From: Octopus vulgaris
Taxonomy: Eukaryota
Assembly: GCA_951406725.2 (NCBI GenBank)
Contig: OX597836.1
Coordinates: 992,001-1,056,000 of the forward strand
DNA: 64,000 nucleotides
Direction of reading: 5' to 3'
Positions 26,086-40,361 of the stretch are shown in pieces; the stretch's first letter is position 1; each line of letters begins with the position of its first letter. The notes under the pieces were generated by a model. That model saw nothing but the letters and a program-made list of their open reading frames with translations, was not told the origin of the DNA and ran no database searches. The position numbers and the translations under genes were made by a program.

Positions 26086-27407
26086 ATAAATATATTTATA
26101 TATATATACCCGTGTCTGTATGTTCTTGCACGTGCGTATGTATTTTGCATAACAGTAAAAGTTCTTTAAAATACTCAGGGATTTATACGGATTTTCTAAA
26201 GACTTGAATTATGATCGGAATAATCCACTGCGCACGTCGACACAATGTTTGAGAAGGACTTGTATAGAATAACGAAAATGACTTGGAAATGTTCCTTCAA
26301 CAAAGTACTCCAAGACATTAGTAACAGATATAGAAGCTGTGGTCCATCAAAGAGAGAAGCGGTAGCTTCAAAGCACGATGAAGGAGATATGCCACAGAAA
26401 ACATCCAGCGATGTGGAAAAATAATCAAAGCTTCTGAAAACAAATTGGCGATGCACATGCACCAAATATAACTGGTGAACAAGACACAGCCACAGCAGAC
26501 TATCGACCAAGGCTCACGGCTCTGTCTGTGCTCTGAATAAACCCAGTAGAAGCACCTAATAACTGCCAACAGAAACTTGCATCATCGCCAGAATAAATCA
26601 AGGCCGAAACCAGATTTGATAGACAAACATTGAAATGTTAAAGGAATTCCTAATTCATTGAGAATTAAAAGAAAACAACAACAACACAAACTCATAACAA
26701 CGGTAAGAAATAATTGAAATGCAAACTCCAATCGCTAAAATTATTGAAAGTTGTTGAACCATTATTGTAAAGATAAACAATCGCATTAAAGAAAATAAAT
26801 AATTCTGTCTCAAAAAAGACCCGAAAATTAATAAATATACTTTTGTTAATTTAAATCCTTTTCAAATAGAACTAAAACAGTTTGTTTATAACAGTGAATA
26901 CTGGCAGTACGCTAAAATGGCGAAATATCTTTAAAACAACCCCACTCCAAAATATAGAGGAAGTTTGAATTAACTGAATACATTTAATGAAAAGAAGTAC
27001 CAAATCGGAAAAGCCAACATTCACAGCAGCAATATATATATATATATATGGTGAAAGAGTTTTGAAAAAACGTAGCCTATTTCTTATTCTACCATTGTTC
27101 CCAAAAGGAAGTCAGAGTGTCGCTAAAGATATATCTTTACGGAAGAACGCGTTCTAACAACAACCATTGAAGGCTACCAACTCCAATCGCTAAAATTCTT
27201 AATTAATAAAACCAAACTGAATACATGGTAGTAACAAAAGTCAATTAATAAATAAACGATTGCAAGAATCCAATATTAATGAAGGTCACGCCGATCTCAA
27301 TAGAGATTCCAAAGATAGCAAAATCGAAGAATTTTCTGACAATTGTAAATGGAATGGAATCTATCCATCTCTACCTCCCTCTCTCGTTCTTAAAATAGAG
27401 ATAGACA

Positions 27408-27483
<76 letters not shown>

Positions 27484-27624
27484 AGTGTGTGTGTACATGT
27501 GTATATATTTGCATAGGGACATGCATACATATATGCGCGTTTATGTATGCATGTGTATGTGTTTACGTGTGTAGATATAAACCTGTCCCAGATAGAATAT
27601 TTATATTTATATATACATATATTT

Positions 27625-27739
27625 GCTTACCAGCCACATGGTCCCGGATTCAGTCTCACTGTGTCTTCTACTATAGCCTCGGGCCAACCAAAAACTTGTG
27701 AGTGGATTTGGTAGACAGAAACTGAAAGAAGCCTGTCGT

Positions 27740-27818
<79 letters not shown>

Positions 27819-28060
27819 TGTATGTATGTATGTATGTATGTATGTATGTATGTATGTATGTGTGTGTGTGTGTGTGTGTGTATGTTTGTGTGTGTTTGTC
27901 TCCCCACCATCGCTTGACAACCGATGTTGGTGTGTTTACGCCCCCGTAACTTAGCGGTTTGGCATAAGAAACCGATGGAATAAGTCCTGGGGTCGATTCG
28001 TGCGACTAAAGGCCCTACTGCAGCATGGCCACAGTCAAATGACCGGAATAAGTAAAAGAA
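27625..28060 (+). mobile_element. tRNA-derived SINE family A
   Basis: CCACATGGTCCCGGATTCAGTC...GAAAGAAGCC, expanded (TA)/(TATG)/(TG) core, CCCCGTAACTTAGCGG...CAGCATGGCCACAGTCAAATGAC. Confidence 0.88.
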
Positions 28061-28074
28061 TATATATATCTGTA

Positions 28075-28222
28075 CGAGGAGGTGCTGAAAACTCCCTGGC
28101 TTTAAGGGTGTCGCATAAAGGCTTGGCTGGAGGCCGAGCCTTCCGAGTTCTTTTGTGGGGCTTAGAAAAACTGAAGGACTGCTGCCATAAGTGTGTGAAT
28201 CTGGGAAGATGTTGAATAAAGT
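28075..28222 (+). mobile_element. mariner-derived non-autonomous fragment
   Basis: TA-CGAGGAGGTGCTGAAAA TIR-like start joined directly to a transposase C-terminus GLEKLKDCCHKCVNL; the second TIR is not seen. Confidence 0.6.
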
Positions 28223-29156
28223 TATAACTCATCCTAAATGCTAACGGAACAGTTTCTTTTAAGAGATCAGCGTGGTGAACACTTCACAAATATTCTATCT
28301 GCGACAGGTTTATATTCCTGCTCTTCTGGTAAATAATCGTCTTCGAACCTGCAGCTTTCTTATAATTAAGCGGATCTCAGCTGCACGCTGTTTATCCGCA
28401 CCTCCGTATAATCCAATATTGGGGAACCAGAACATGAGTGAGCGTGTGCCTTACTATCTTAATCTGTTTTAGGGGTTGCGTTTCGGGTTTAAAAGAGATG
28501 AATTTCCCCCCTTTACATTTCAAACAGTCCTTCAGGGGATCTTTGAGGTTATTTGAAAGACGCTTGCTTCATTTTTACAAGAGTCAGAGACAGATAATTT
28601 TTCTCTTTGCTCGGTCCTGGGGATAATTTTCAGGGAGGGAGAAGCAGGGCTGCAAAACCTGTCTCGTACTCTCTGCCCCGTTCGTTGTGAAGAATTCATC
28701 ACACATTCTGTGTTGCTTGGTGCGCTGGCAAAGGTGTTGTTATCATGTGAAACAGCAGAAATGTTTTCCTTTGGCAATGGATACATGAACTCGCCAGTGT
28801 TGTTTCTGACGGTTAAAATATTCTCTGGTTTTTGTTCATCACTATTATTTTGTTATTTTCTTTTTGCATTTAAAAAACTATTCTCGTCCTATGAATTTTT
28901 CAGTGTTTGAGTGCTGTGTTATTTCTTTTTATTTTCTGTTTTCCTTTCGGGGCCCTAACTCGGATTTTTGTTGCCATTTTTCTGTGTTGACAATGTAAAG
29001 AAGAAATAAAATTTGTGTAAAAAAATTGCAAACCGTATTTTTGTTTTTGTCCAAATCTTTATGGGCAAACTCCAAGCTTTTTGAAGGAACCTGGATTCTC
29101 AATGTTTATTGAAAGTCTAATTCATCAAGTAAAAACCTTTCGTTTCGAGGTCCGAC

Positions 29157-29192
<36 letters not shown>

Positions 29193-29354
29193 TAATAATA
29201 ATAATAATCTTTTCTACTTCGGGCACAAAACCTAAACTTTTGGGTAGTGGGGTAATCGATTTAATCGACCAAAGTATTAAACTGAGAAACAACGAAAAGT
29301 TAATAAATAATCAAATTAGTGGATGCTACAAGTACGAATGAGCACGTTTACGTA

Positions 29355-29405
<51 letters not shown>

Positions 29406-30974
29406 GCCTTTCTATGCATTCAAATGCACATAACATGCCCGTACGCGCACATACACATTCATACACACTCATTCATACTCACTCTCTTACTCACACACAA
29501 ACACACACAGAATATTTTCCATTCTGTTTCAGGAACCAATCTTTTTTATTCTGTTTCTTTAAACTTTATCTCAGAGGAAGGAATTCGCAAGATTGTACGA
29601 AAAAACAAAAATCCGTCATTGATAATGCTAATGATGATGACGACAACGGTGATGACGACGACGACGACAGTGATGATGGCTGTTACTAGCCTATGATTAA
29701 AGCCAATCCAGGATCGACCACCCCGCAGAATTACTTCACCTCGTGTGTCTTTTCTTTAAAGAAGTCTGTTGGATGTGATTCGAGGCTGCTATGTCTAGCA
29801 GAGTCAAGAACCATGTAGAGACTCTCCCTTATTGTTGTATATATATTACAGTATATTACGTAAATCGGCTTGACCCCTTACTGTTGATCCCTTAAGATGA
29901 TGTACATTAACCCAAGGTGATACATGATCCAGCAAACCTACAATCAAAGGCGTTTCAGCCGTGACCGTCCCGTGATTTCGGAGATCATGTATTTTGAACC
30001 GCATTTTAAAATATATCCTTCTTTATCAAAGATGGTTCCATTTGAAAGGAACTAAACAAGTATTTCTAGCAAATGAAAAGACCCCATATAGACCCCATAT
30101 AGATGTCTTCCTCGTTCATTGCTGTTGGAGAAGTGTCTGTTGAATTGTAGTAATGTGGTGGTGGTGGTGGTTTTATATGCGGGGATTTTATTCCGATTAA
30201 AGAAAAGGATTTTATTGTTCGAATGGAGCGGTGGTAGCGTCGTGGGATTATCTGTTGTGTCGTTGTGTGATGCTGTTTGGAGAGGTGTTGTAGTGGTGCT
30301 CTGTGGTGTTGTAGTAAACGTTGTAGTACGACTACGGGGAGTGTCGCAGTGGTGTCGTGGATCGGCTCGAAGGTTTGACTAAAGAATACAAAAGGGATAT
30401 TTAGTAAAGTGAAAGCAGTAGCAGTTGTGGTAGTAGTAGTAGTTGCAGCATAAGTAGTAGTATTAGAAGCAGTAGGGCGATGGGGGGAGCACTGCATTTC
30501 AGTTAATTCCCCGTAATTTGTAAGAATTACCTTTGTAGAAATATAGAAAGAGTCAGGAAATGAGCTTCAGACTCCCGCAGACCAGACAAGCATTTCTTTT
30601 CGTCAATCCATAAAAAAAAAATGTAGTTTTGATACAGAATTTACTTTCATCCCCTCGAGGAGTAAAAAGAAGAAGAAAGGAAATTTAGTTATGAAATAAG
30701 TTGAAAATCGATAAAAGAATCCGTTGCAAGTAGGCCTTGCTGATCTCTTCCCTTTTTTTTTTTATTCAGAAAGATATTTCGGAAGACAAGATATTTGCAA
30801 ATGTTTGTTGCGTAGGTCATTGGCTACAAACTATAGATGTATTCTGTTGAACAGAATCGGAATGAAACACTATTAATGCCGCCCTCGTAATTCATTCAAT
30901 GAATTAGACTGTCAAGAATATGTTGTACCGATAGATCAATCTGTTCGATTGTCTGAAGTTCTACATTTTGGTGT

Positions 30975-31145
30975 TAGGCGAAGGTGGAAAGTCAATTACA
31001 TCGGTTCCGGTACTTGACTGGGATTTATTTTATCAACCCCGAAAGGATGAAAGGCAAAGTCGACATCGGCAGAATTTGAACGCAGAACATAAAGAACCAT
31101 AAACAAAGGTGTTCAGCAATAACGATTCTGCGAGCTTGCGGCCTT
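30975..31145 (-). mobile_element. SINE family B
   Basis: CCCCGAAAGGATGAAAGGCAAAGTCGACATCGGCAGAATTTGAAC is the reverse complement of the family B core. Confidence 0.85.
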
Positions 31146-32125
31146 AAGTATGAAGCCCTTAATAATAGTGGGGTTTATACGCATAAATCCCACCTTTATT
31201 AAGTGTTCAAGGGTTCAGTTGCTGACGAAATCCCTACACAAGATTGAAGCTAGACCGGTTAATCCTGCATTATTTATTTCCACAAAGATAATATTGTATC
31301 CGATGGCAGTCCTGCCCTTCACTTTTTCGGACTATTTGAGAAAGTCGCAACCGAAGGCGAAGAATTAGCAGAACCGTGAGAAGGTCGGTCTGGTTGTTTG
31401 CTGTATTTGTTCCAGCCTTTTGAAAATCCTGTCATAGCATTCAAGAGTGCGAGACTTAACGCGACGTCCGTTTTAATACCACCAGGCACCTTGAGTTCAG
31501 TCTGTTTTAAATATTCGGACCAGGTTTCCGAATACTTCTCCCTGTCCCGCTCTCTCTAATCTCAGGAGGCGTGGAACGGATCACGAGCATTGCCTTTCTT
31601 CCTGACAAAAAGGATAAAATGATATGAAGATATACTAACATGATGTAAACATCTTCATACAATTATATCTCTCTGCTACTTAGAGTTTGCATTCAAAATC
31701 TGCAGACAGATTATAAGAGCAAAGTACAGCTTTGAAACAAACACTTATCTACCAGCGATTTAGTAATCGAAATCGCGGCTAAAAATATATTTTATGTGCA
31801 AATCAGTCGATCCGATTTACTTAAGCCATTTGTAATGCTGGGTTTGTAAGAATTACCTTCGTAGACAGAAAATATGGTTACCAATCGCAGAGAAAATTCC
31901 AGTGTAAGACTGACAATAGTCCGGCGAATCTATTTCTCTTCACCAAGATATTGTATATGAAATATGGTGTTACGTTTGTGTTTTACGTACCAGACTCACT
32001 AATATCTATCGATATATTCCGCAGTACAACATAGCAAGAAAAACAATGTTTGGATATAACGAGAAAAAAAGTTATAATACATTAAAAATCAACCACCATC
32101 GTTTCTCTCTCTCTCACCGCCGATT

Positions 32126-32168
<43 letters not shown>

Positions 32169-32949
32169 ATGCAGATCCACTCAAACAATATCTTATAATT
32201 TCGCTACTTAAAATTTCCCCTTCACGTTCCTCAGAAAAATAGGGGAAGAAAAACTAAAGTGATATTCAGGTTTATCTACCAGAATCGTGTGTTTTACTCA
32301 TCAACCATGAAAACCACTAGAAACTTCCTTGTCATCACTTTCCCTGTATGTATGTGTGTTTGTGTGTGCGCGAGCGCGTGCGTGCATGTATTCATGCTCT
32401 ATTTCTAACTATTTGAAGTCTTCTTGGAAGGAACTACTTTATGATTAAGAGCCCAAGGTTGTATCGTTCGACCAATATAAATAGCAAAAGGAAAATAAAA
32501 CAAAACAAAAAAAGTCACATTTTGAATTTGAGAAAAGAAGTTTCGCACGTTTTCATCGTTCCGCTTAAAGTTTGTATTTGTAAAGGGCCTAACAGCTGGG
32601 ATTGAACTTGCAATGTGCAATTTCGCATCATTAAATGCATGCATGCATGTATGCATGTATGTATGTTTTCCTCCAAGATTTAAGTTTTTCCTTTCCCAAA
32701 ACTAAAGCCAATTTCTAAGAAAATGACGAAGTAAATTTGTTGAAATGAAGACAACACGTTCCGTTTGTCGATCTCTTCGTGAGTGAGTGCAGAAGCGAGG
32801 TTGCGGATGTTGATAAACAAATACTCAAATGAGAGATGCGGGTTTGAATAACCCACCACCATACACACACTATGGGAATAGTAGGTGTGTATATCAATTT
32901 AGTACATAAATGTGTGTGCTTCATTAATGTTCTTGAGTATGAGCGTACG

Positions 32950-33064
<115 letters not shown>

Positions 33065-33077
33065 TCCATAGATGCAT

Positions 33078-33640
33078 AAAATGTGAGCACAACAGACCTG
33101 ATATAATTATTTGTGACGAGAAGAGAAACTGAGTGCAGTTGTGGAAACCAGCTGCGCAGCGGATGTTAACATAAATCTGAAGATCGGTGAAAAAGAGAAC
33201 TCTTATGCTGAGCTATTGAGGAACCTGCAGTTACTCTATCCAGGTTACAAGTTTAGGTTTATACTTGTAATTATTGGGGTCCTGAGATATGTAACGCGTT
33301 GCCTAAATACCAATCTTGAGAAATTAGACTTCTCAAAACCAGAAAGGAGAAAGCTAATTCGAAGACTACGGATCCAATCCATCACTGGAACTGTAAAAAT
33401 CTGTAAAAATTTAAATATATATGAGCCTGTCTAGATATGTAGCTATATGCATGAGAATGCATACATAAAACATGCAAATCTGCACACACACACACACATA
33501 CATACATACATACATGCATGCATACATACATACATACATACATACATACATACATACAAAAATACCCTGTTGTTGATGTTGAAGGAGCTTTGGATCTAGG
33601 TTGGAAACCGGCTCTTTATTGGCAAGAAATCTTGAAATAT
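33078..33640 (+). mobile_element. 3' fragment of an RLE-type non-LTR retrotransposon (R2/R4/NeSL group)
   Basis: KCEHNRPDIIICDEKRK...VETSC..DVNI..KI.EKENSYAEL...ILVIIG matches the PD-(D/E)xK restriction-like endonuclease motif set, followed by a probable 3' UTR. Confidence 0.85.
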
Positions 33641-33663
33641 GACAGACAAGACACACACACGCA

Positions 33664-33712
<49 letters not shown>

Positions 33713-33795
33713 TTGTTCATTCCAGAAACTACAACTGAAGGTTCTCTGAAATGTTTTAAAAAATTTTTAACTGTCACTTGTAAAAATGTGTGTGC

Positions 33796-33840
<45 letters not shown>

Positions 33841-34937
33841 CGTGTAAGCGCGCGCGCGTGCGTGCTTGCGAGTGTGTTTATATGGGCAATGGTGCTTTTA
33901 GGCCTATAAATTTAAAGCAGACGATCGTCTACTGAAACTGAGTGAGGCAAAACTTTACAGGTGTACAGCCATGTTGTGAGACAAACGGGGGCCTTCCGTG
34001 TATATAATCATGGCTGGTGGGTTGTAAGGAAGTTGTAAATATGTGTCGAGCAAATGTTCAGTGTTTTCCAATTCGAAAGCACTTCCGATTACTTCACTCA
34101 CTCCCCCTCTCGCTAGTTTCGCGCCTACACCCCCCCCCCAACTGATATGCATGTGTCTATGTATGTATGTATGTATGTATGTATATGTGATGGTGTATGC
34201 TTTTCTGTTTATTTATAGTGATGTGTGGAGTAGATTTTAACTATATTTATATGTGTGTGTGTGTGTGTGTGTGTTGATATTATCAAACATCTTTTAACAA
34301 AGTGTGGCTGAGATACTTAAGCGTGAACCAAGTATTTGGGATTTACGTTCCCCGTCACGTTCCGTTTACGTATTTGGGCAGATATTTATAAACACTCCAA
34401 TCGCATATACAGCTATTTGTATTTATATATACACTCACACATAGACACCCACATATACATGAACACGTTAATATACACGCGCGCACACACGCCCACACAC
34501 AAACAGTCTCTCTCTCTCACTCTCTTTATCAAATACACACACACAAACAGACACACGGCTGGATATCCATCGGACTCGACGATGAGTATTAAGCCCCTCG
34601 ATTTACCGAATTATTTGCCTATGGAACAAGAGAGCAATTAGCATAGCAACTTACTGGCACAATCTCTTCTAAAGGTCCCCCTAAGGACGAAGCAGCTTCA
34701 CACGGCGGGTCATAGTAAGGGACAAGGCTAGACATTTGAATGTCGAGTTCAAGCTTCCGTACGGGCGTAAGGGCGTAAATACCAGTATAAGATAAATATT
34801 ACTCAATTCACCCCGACGCGCTGAGCTTTTACACAAAAATACTTTACAAAACTGAGCAGAAGATTAATTTACCCCAACACAAACACAAAATCTCCATTCT
34901 CTGGTGCAGCAGTGTTTGATGCACAAGAATTTTATAG

Positions 34938-35450
34938 AGGCGCAGGCCTGGCTGTGTGGTTAAGAAACTCCCTTTGCAACCAGAGAGGCTCGGATCTCAT
35001 TCTGTGTAGTCCCACAGTGCAGCACATTAAGCCTGTGTCTTCTAGTATATTCCTGGGCCGACCAATAGCTTGTAATTGAATTTAGTATACGAACGGAGGA
35101 GGAAACTGACTGAGAGAATATATATATATATATATATATTCAGTGCTCCAGCACGGTCGCAATCCAGTAACAGAGACAAGTGAAAGGAAAACAAAATAAA
35201 GAGAATGCCACACTGTTTTCCAATGCCGTACAATATTCCAGAACTCTGTACAAGAGTCTAAAATATTTCACAATGGTTCATAATCTTGATTTTAACTCTT
35301 GGCACAATGCCAGCAATTTCTGGGGAGGAGGTAAGTTGATTACATCGACCCCAGCATTCCGTTGGTACTTCTTTTATCCACCCGAGACGGATGAAAGGCA
35401 ATGTCAGACCTCTGTAGAATTTGAACTCAAAATGTAAAGACAAGCGACAG
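34938..35450. mobile_element. Degenerate SINE A copy (34938-35180, +) and SINE B copy (35300-35450, -)
   Basis: GGCGCAGGCCTGGCTGTGTGGTTAAG head; GGATGAAAGGCAATGTCAGACCTCTGTAGAATTTGAACTC core. Confidence 0.7.
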
Positions 35451-36913
35451 AGTTTCATAATATTTCTGACTATTTATAAAAACCTCCTCAGAATTCATAG
35501 AATTCTACGAAACGGAGCGTCAGACAAACCCTCCCTCACCAGTTTTGGCTTGTTTCGGGGCTCGGATCTCATTCTATGTAGGCTACAGATTAACCTAACC
35601 TTTCATCCTTTTAAACTCGATCACAGAAATACCAGTGAAGCACTACGATCATCGATGGAGGCGTGTATGTACCCCCACCCATGCACCCGTTTACCTGACA
35701 CCCGCCCCCACCCCCGCCAATACTCATAACGCATTACATTTCCAAGGCATGACATCATGGCAGAGGGCGGCACTTGCTTCCAAGTTATATTCTTTTCCAG
35801 TTTTAATGTTTCTCGTTTTTAAATTTGTTCCAACATATTGCTGTGATCGACCTTTTTTTCGTTTCTTTCCGTATATCTGGCCTCCAGCCAAACAAGGAGA
35901 GAACACTTTCAGGATTCACAATAAAAGGTGCGAAAACAAGAAAGAATAACATCCCATAAGCGAAAAAAAAACCCACCAAAAAAAAGAAAAAAAAAAAAGA
36001 AAACAAAAGAAATCGATAAAGAGAGAGAGAAAAAAATCAGAATGAAATAAAGGAGGCAATCACATCCTCCCGATTTCTCTCTGCTCACGCTGCCATTTTC
36101 CTGTTGTTGTGATTCAAAGCAGGAAAGGAAAAGAAGATGGCTGTTGGTTGATAGATTGTCACGTGAGAGAGAGAGAGAGAGAGAGAGAGAAAGAAGGAGA
36201 GAGAGAGAGAGAACAGAACGGAAGTTTCGAAGCGGCCTTCAGATATTATCGTGAACAATCGAGCTGAACGTCTGGATGTGGTGTGTGTGTGTGTGTGTGT
36301 GTGTGTGGGAGAGAGTGTGTGTGCGTGCGAAAGAGCGGATGGAGATTGTATATACGTATGTGGGTGTGAATATATATATAAATATATATATATACATATA
36401 TACATATATATACATATATATATATACATATATATACATATATATATACATATACCTATATATATACCTATATATATACATATATATATATATACATATA
36501 TATATATACACATATATATATACACATATATATACATATATATATATACATATATATATATACATATATATATAAATATATATATATACATATATGTATA
36601 TGTATGTATGCAAACGTGTATGAATGTATGTATATTATCTAAGTATATGTGATGCTATGTTGCGTATGTATATACCTGTTCCAATTACATATATTTTATA
36701 TATTCATTACTTATTGTACAATAGTCCTTCTCTGTGATTTCTGTATGTATATCCAGAGAAACATTTATACATACATACATACACAGGTGCGCGCGTGCTC
36801 AAGCAGATATATCAAATATAAACGCACGTAACGATATGCATACACACACATATATAGAGAGGGAAAGAGAGAGAGAGGGGGTGTCAAATAAATTATTAGA
36901 GAGCTAGATAGAC

Positions 36914-36951
<38 letters not shown>

Positions 36952-36952
36952 A

Positions 36953-37516
36953 TCTTCCAGCAGCTACCCCTTTCCCCCAGGGTAGCGCGACATCCTCCAG
37001 GCACGTGATGTAAGCCCCAGTGTTGAGCCTGAGGCGGTGTGGAAAGATGTCTTGCAACAGGACTCTACCTCCATGACACACAAGCAGGAGAACCCAGTCA
37101 TGGCTGTCAGATAATTTCTGCGACCACATCACCCCTAACATCTGGCCACCAAACTCCTCAGGCTGCAACCCCCTTGATTATTAGGTGTGACGCGCAGTTG
37201 AGCGAGAGACCAAGAAAACTCCTTGTAACACCAAAGATGGATTATGGCGGCATTCACCAACTTAAACAAGGAGACCGTCCAGAAGAGTTGCAGGAGATTC
37301 CAAAGTTGTCTGAAGGCAGTGGCGATTTTATTGAATAGATTTGCTCTTTAGTATTTCAAGATATTTTTATGTAATTCTGGTAAACATATCAATGGCGGTG
37401 CCCCAGCATGGCCACAGCCCGTGAGCTGAAACTAGATGAAATATCTGTTAAAATGAGATGTCAGGGTTATAGTAATTTTTGCGTAATTTAGACGACAATT
37501 TATTCACCGCACTCTG
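36953..37516 (+). mobile_element. maT-like (about DD37D) Tc1/mariner transposase remnant with 3' TIR and an inverted upstream segment
   Basis: Plus strand QQDS..HTSRRTQSWLSDNFCDHITPNIWPPNSSGCNPLDY (one frameshift); ends TTATTCACCGCACTCTG-TA; 36953-37035 encodes the preceding peptide on the minus strand; a SINE A tail is inserted at 37394-37440. Confidence 0.85.
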
Positions 37517-37526
37517 TATAGATATG

Positions 37527-37684
37527 AACGGGCTTCTTTCAGTTTCCGTCAACTAAATCTACTCACAAGACTTTGGTCGACCCAGGGTTATAGAAGACAC
37601 TTGGCTACGGTGCCATGCAGTGGGACAGAACCCGGAACCATGTGGCTGGGAAGCAAACTTCTTACTACCCATCCACGCTTGCGC
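37527..37684 (-). mobile_element. SINE family A, 5' half
   Basis: CGGGCTTCTTTCAGTTTCCGTC...GAACCCGGAACCATGTGG matches the other copies. Confidence 0.85.
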
Positions 37685-38084
37685 TTACACACACACACGT
37701 ATGTACATACATACACACATACATACATACACATATACATACACACACACACACGTATGTACATACATACACACATACATACACATATACATACACACAC
37801 ACACGTATGTACATACATACACACACACACGTATGTACATACATACATACATACAGAAATATGCGTATATAATATATACTCTAATATAATAACGAGTGTA
37901 GTGTTTTTATATATTTGTATTTGTCCAAAATCACGCAGGAGGGAGCAGGAGAAAGAGTAGGATAAGTGAGAGGGGAGGAGGGAAAAGTAAGTCAGTGAAG
38001 GAGAAGTAGTAAGAGTAATAGACCTGACTGAGAGGGAGAAAGTAAGAGCAATGAGAGAGAGGAAATGGCAAAGGGAGCGTCGTG

Positions 38085-38482
38085 TATCTTGTGTTTTTCT
38101 CCGTCACAACATATGAGAAAGGAAGGGGTGATAGACGAAGGAGAAAGGAAGGGGTGAGAAAGGAATCAGCGTTTCAACTCTGTGTGAGTATATTTGTGTG
38201 TGTGTAAAAGGGAGGTATGTGTGTATGTGTGTGTATGTGTGTATGTGTGTGCGTGTACAAGGGATGTATGTGTGTATGTGTGTGTGAACATTGACAAGTG
38301 CATGAATTTGATTTACCATCCATATCTTCTACTATAATAATACTCTTGTGTATTTCTCTGTCACAGCATATGAATGAGAAAGGAAGGGGTGATGAGTAAG
38401 GAACGAAGGGGTGATGGCAAACTTGATAGTGGGACGATGGGAGTTCTACGGTGGAAAGAAAAATCAAACAGCGTTTCAACTA

Positions 38483-38516
<34 letters not shown>

Positions 38517-38535
38517 TGTGCGTGTACAAGGGGAA
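38085..38535. repeat. Local diverged tandem duplication (period about 260-290 bp)
   Basis: TCTTGTGT..TTCT..GTCACA.CATATGA, GAGAAAGGAAGGGGTGAT, CAGCGTTTCAACT and GTGCGTGTACAAGGG each occur twice in the same order. Confidence 0.8.
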
Positions 38536-38642
38536 TATGCGAATGTTTGTATGTGTGATTATTATGTACCTCACTCCGTACCTTATTCATATATAAAATA
38601 CAATTAGCCGTCGTTTATTACGGCACGAGGCCAGCTTGTATA

Positions 38643-38692
<50 letters not shown>

Positions 38693-39622
38693 GCCTATGT
38701 GTGCATGCGTGTGAGTGTGTGTCTGTCTGCACGCGCTGGTTTAGACAAGTAGATGTCAAGAGATTGCTGGATGAGTTGACAGATTCGTAGAAGACAAAGA
38801 TAAGTGGAGGCACTTGTGTTCAAGTTGGTGTGTGTATGTGTGTGTGTGGGGGGTCTATAGGGTACGTATGCATGGAAGAGTGTGCGTTTGTGCTCGTGAG
38901 AGTTCGTTATCTTTGAGTGTGTGTGTGGTGAGAGATAGAAAAATGAGCAACACCTAGTGGAAGTAAGAGTGAATATGAATAGTCAATATGTATATCTATA
39001 TAAATATTGATAAAAATGGTAAGACAACAAAAGATTGAAAGAAACCTCGATATTATGTAAATAGAAGAATTTATCTGTAAATATAATATGAAATTCTTTT
39101 ACGTAGCATTTTAAAATTAATCTGCCGTCGTAATGAAATTCCTTCTACACATGCATACACACACACACTCAGTGAAAGCGATATGATTTGAGAGAGAGAG
39201 AGAGAGGAAAAGAGAGGGAGAGAGAAAGAATGCCCCCAGACGACAAAGGGGGAAGTTTACGATGAGAAAACCGGAAAATGAAGGAGACAAATAGAGAGAG
39301 ATCTTGTCTATTTGTGTCACAGATTTTGAAATCTTAAAATTAAGACAAAATTTTCCAAATTTAAATATTGATGTCCTTTCTCACGTTGAATCTAACTTTG
39401 TAATTCATTTATTGCAGAAAATGTTTTAAAAACGTTTGAGATGCTTAAAGTTTGATCATTTGTTCCCAATCATAAAACAGGATTTGTGCGCAATACCTGT
39501 TTATCATAAAATGAAAGTCAATATTAGAAGACGAAGTTTTAAACAAAATAAAAGCAACCCGCGAGAGTTAATCCCCAAACAGAGTGAAAGAAAGAAAGCA
39601 TAACAAAGAGTGGGGGAAATAT

Positions 39623-39668
<46 letters not shown>

Positions 39669-39730
39669 GCATGGTGACACAGAGAGTAGGAATGTTGTCG
39701 ATTTGTAAGTCGAGTTAATTGCTCGGATGT

Positions 39731-39767
<37 letters not shown>

Positions 39768-40329
39768 TGGATAGATAAAAAAGGAGACTGGGAGTAAGAA
39801 AACTGAGATTGAAATGGAGGAGAAAGTAGGAGGATGGGCTGTGTTGGAAAGAAAATCTGGTTTGTTGTCATTGACATCCATCTACACCAAACCAGAGCAA
39901 CGACACTGTTATCAGCTTTAGCGGAATATTTCAAACACCCACAACCACCACCGCCACCGTCGCTAAACGAGTCGACGGGGAAACTGCGTGATTACCCAGC
40001 TTGTTAGCAATATCAGGAAAATCTCCCTGAAACCTTATCCTCGCCCAACCCAAGTATAGAAAAGGCATTGAATATTTTGGATCTGGGTTTCCTGTGCATA
40101 GAAAACGGTGAGATTGTGCGTACTGGAATGCCTCTGATCAAAAGCCTGTTTAAGACTGAACTGGGGCTAAACAACAGCATCAATACCACCGCCGCCACCA
40201 CCACCACCACCACAATCCCCCCTCCCTGCTACCAAACTTGGCAGCATTTTCGCTCATTTCCGTCAGGTTTCCGATCAAATACAACAAAACGAACATGTTG
40301 GAACAAGTAGCCTCTTCTCCTGGACCATC

Positions 40330-40361
<32 letters not shown>

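Noticed and set aside
26200-26580. Non-repetitive ORFs 26196-26510 and 26318-26569
   Set aside because: No recognisable domain or splice structure; possibly old retroelement debris.
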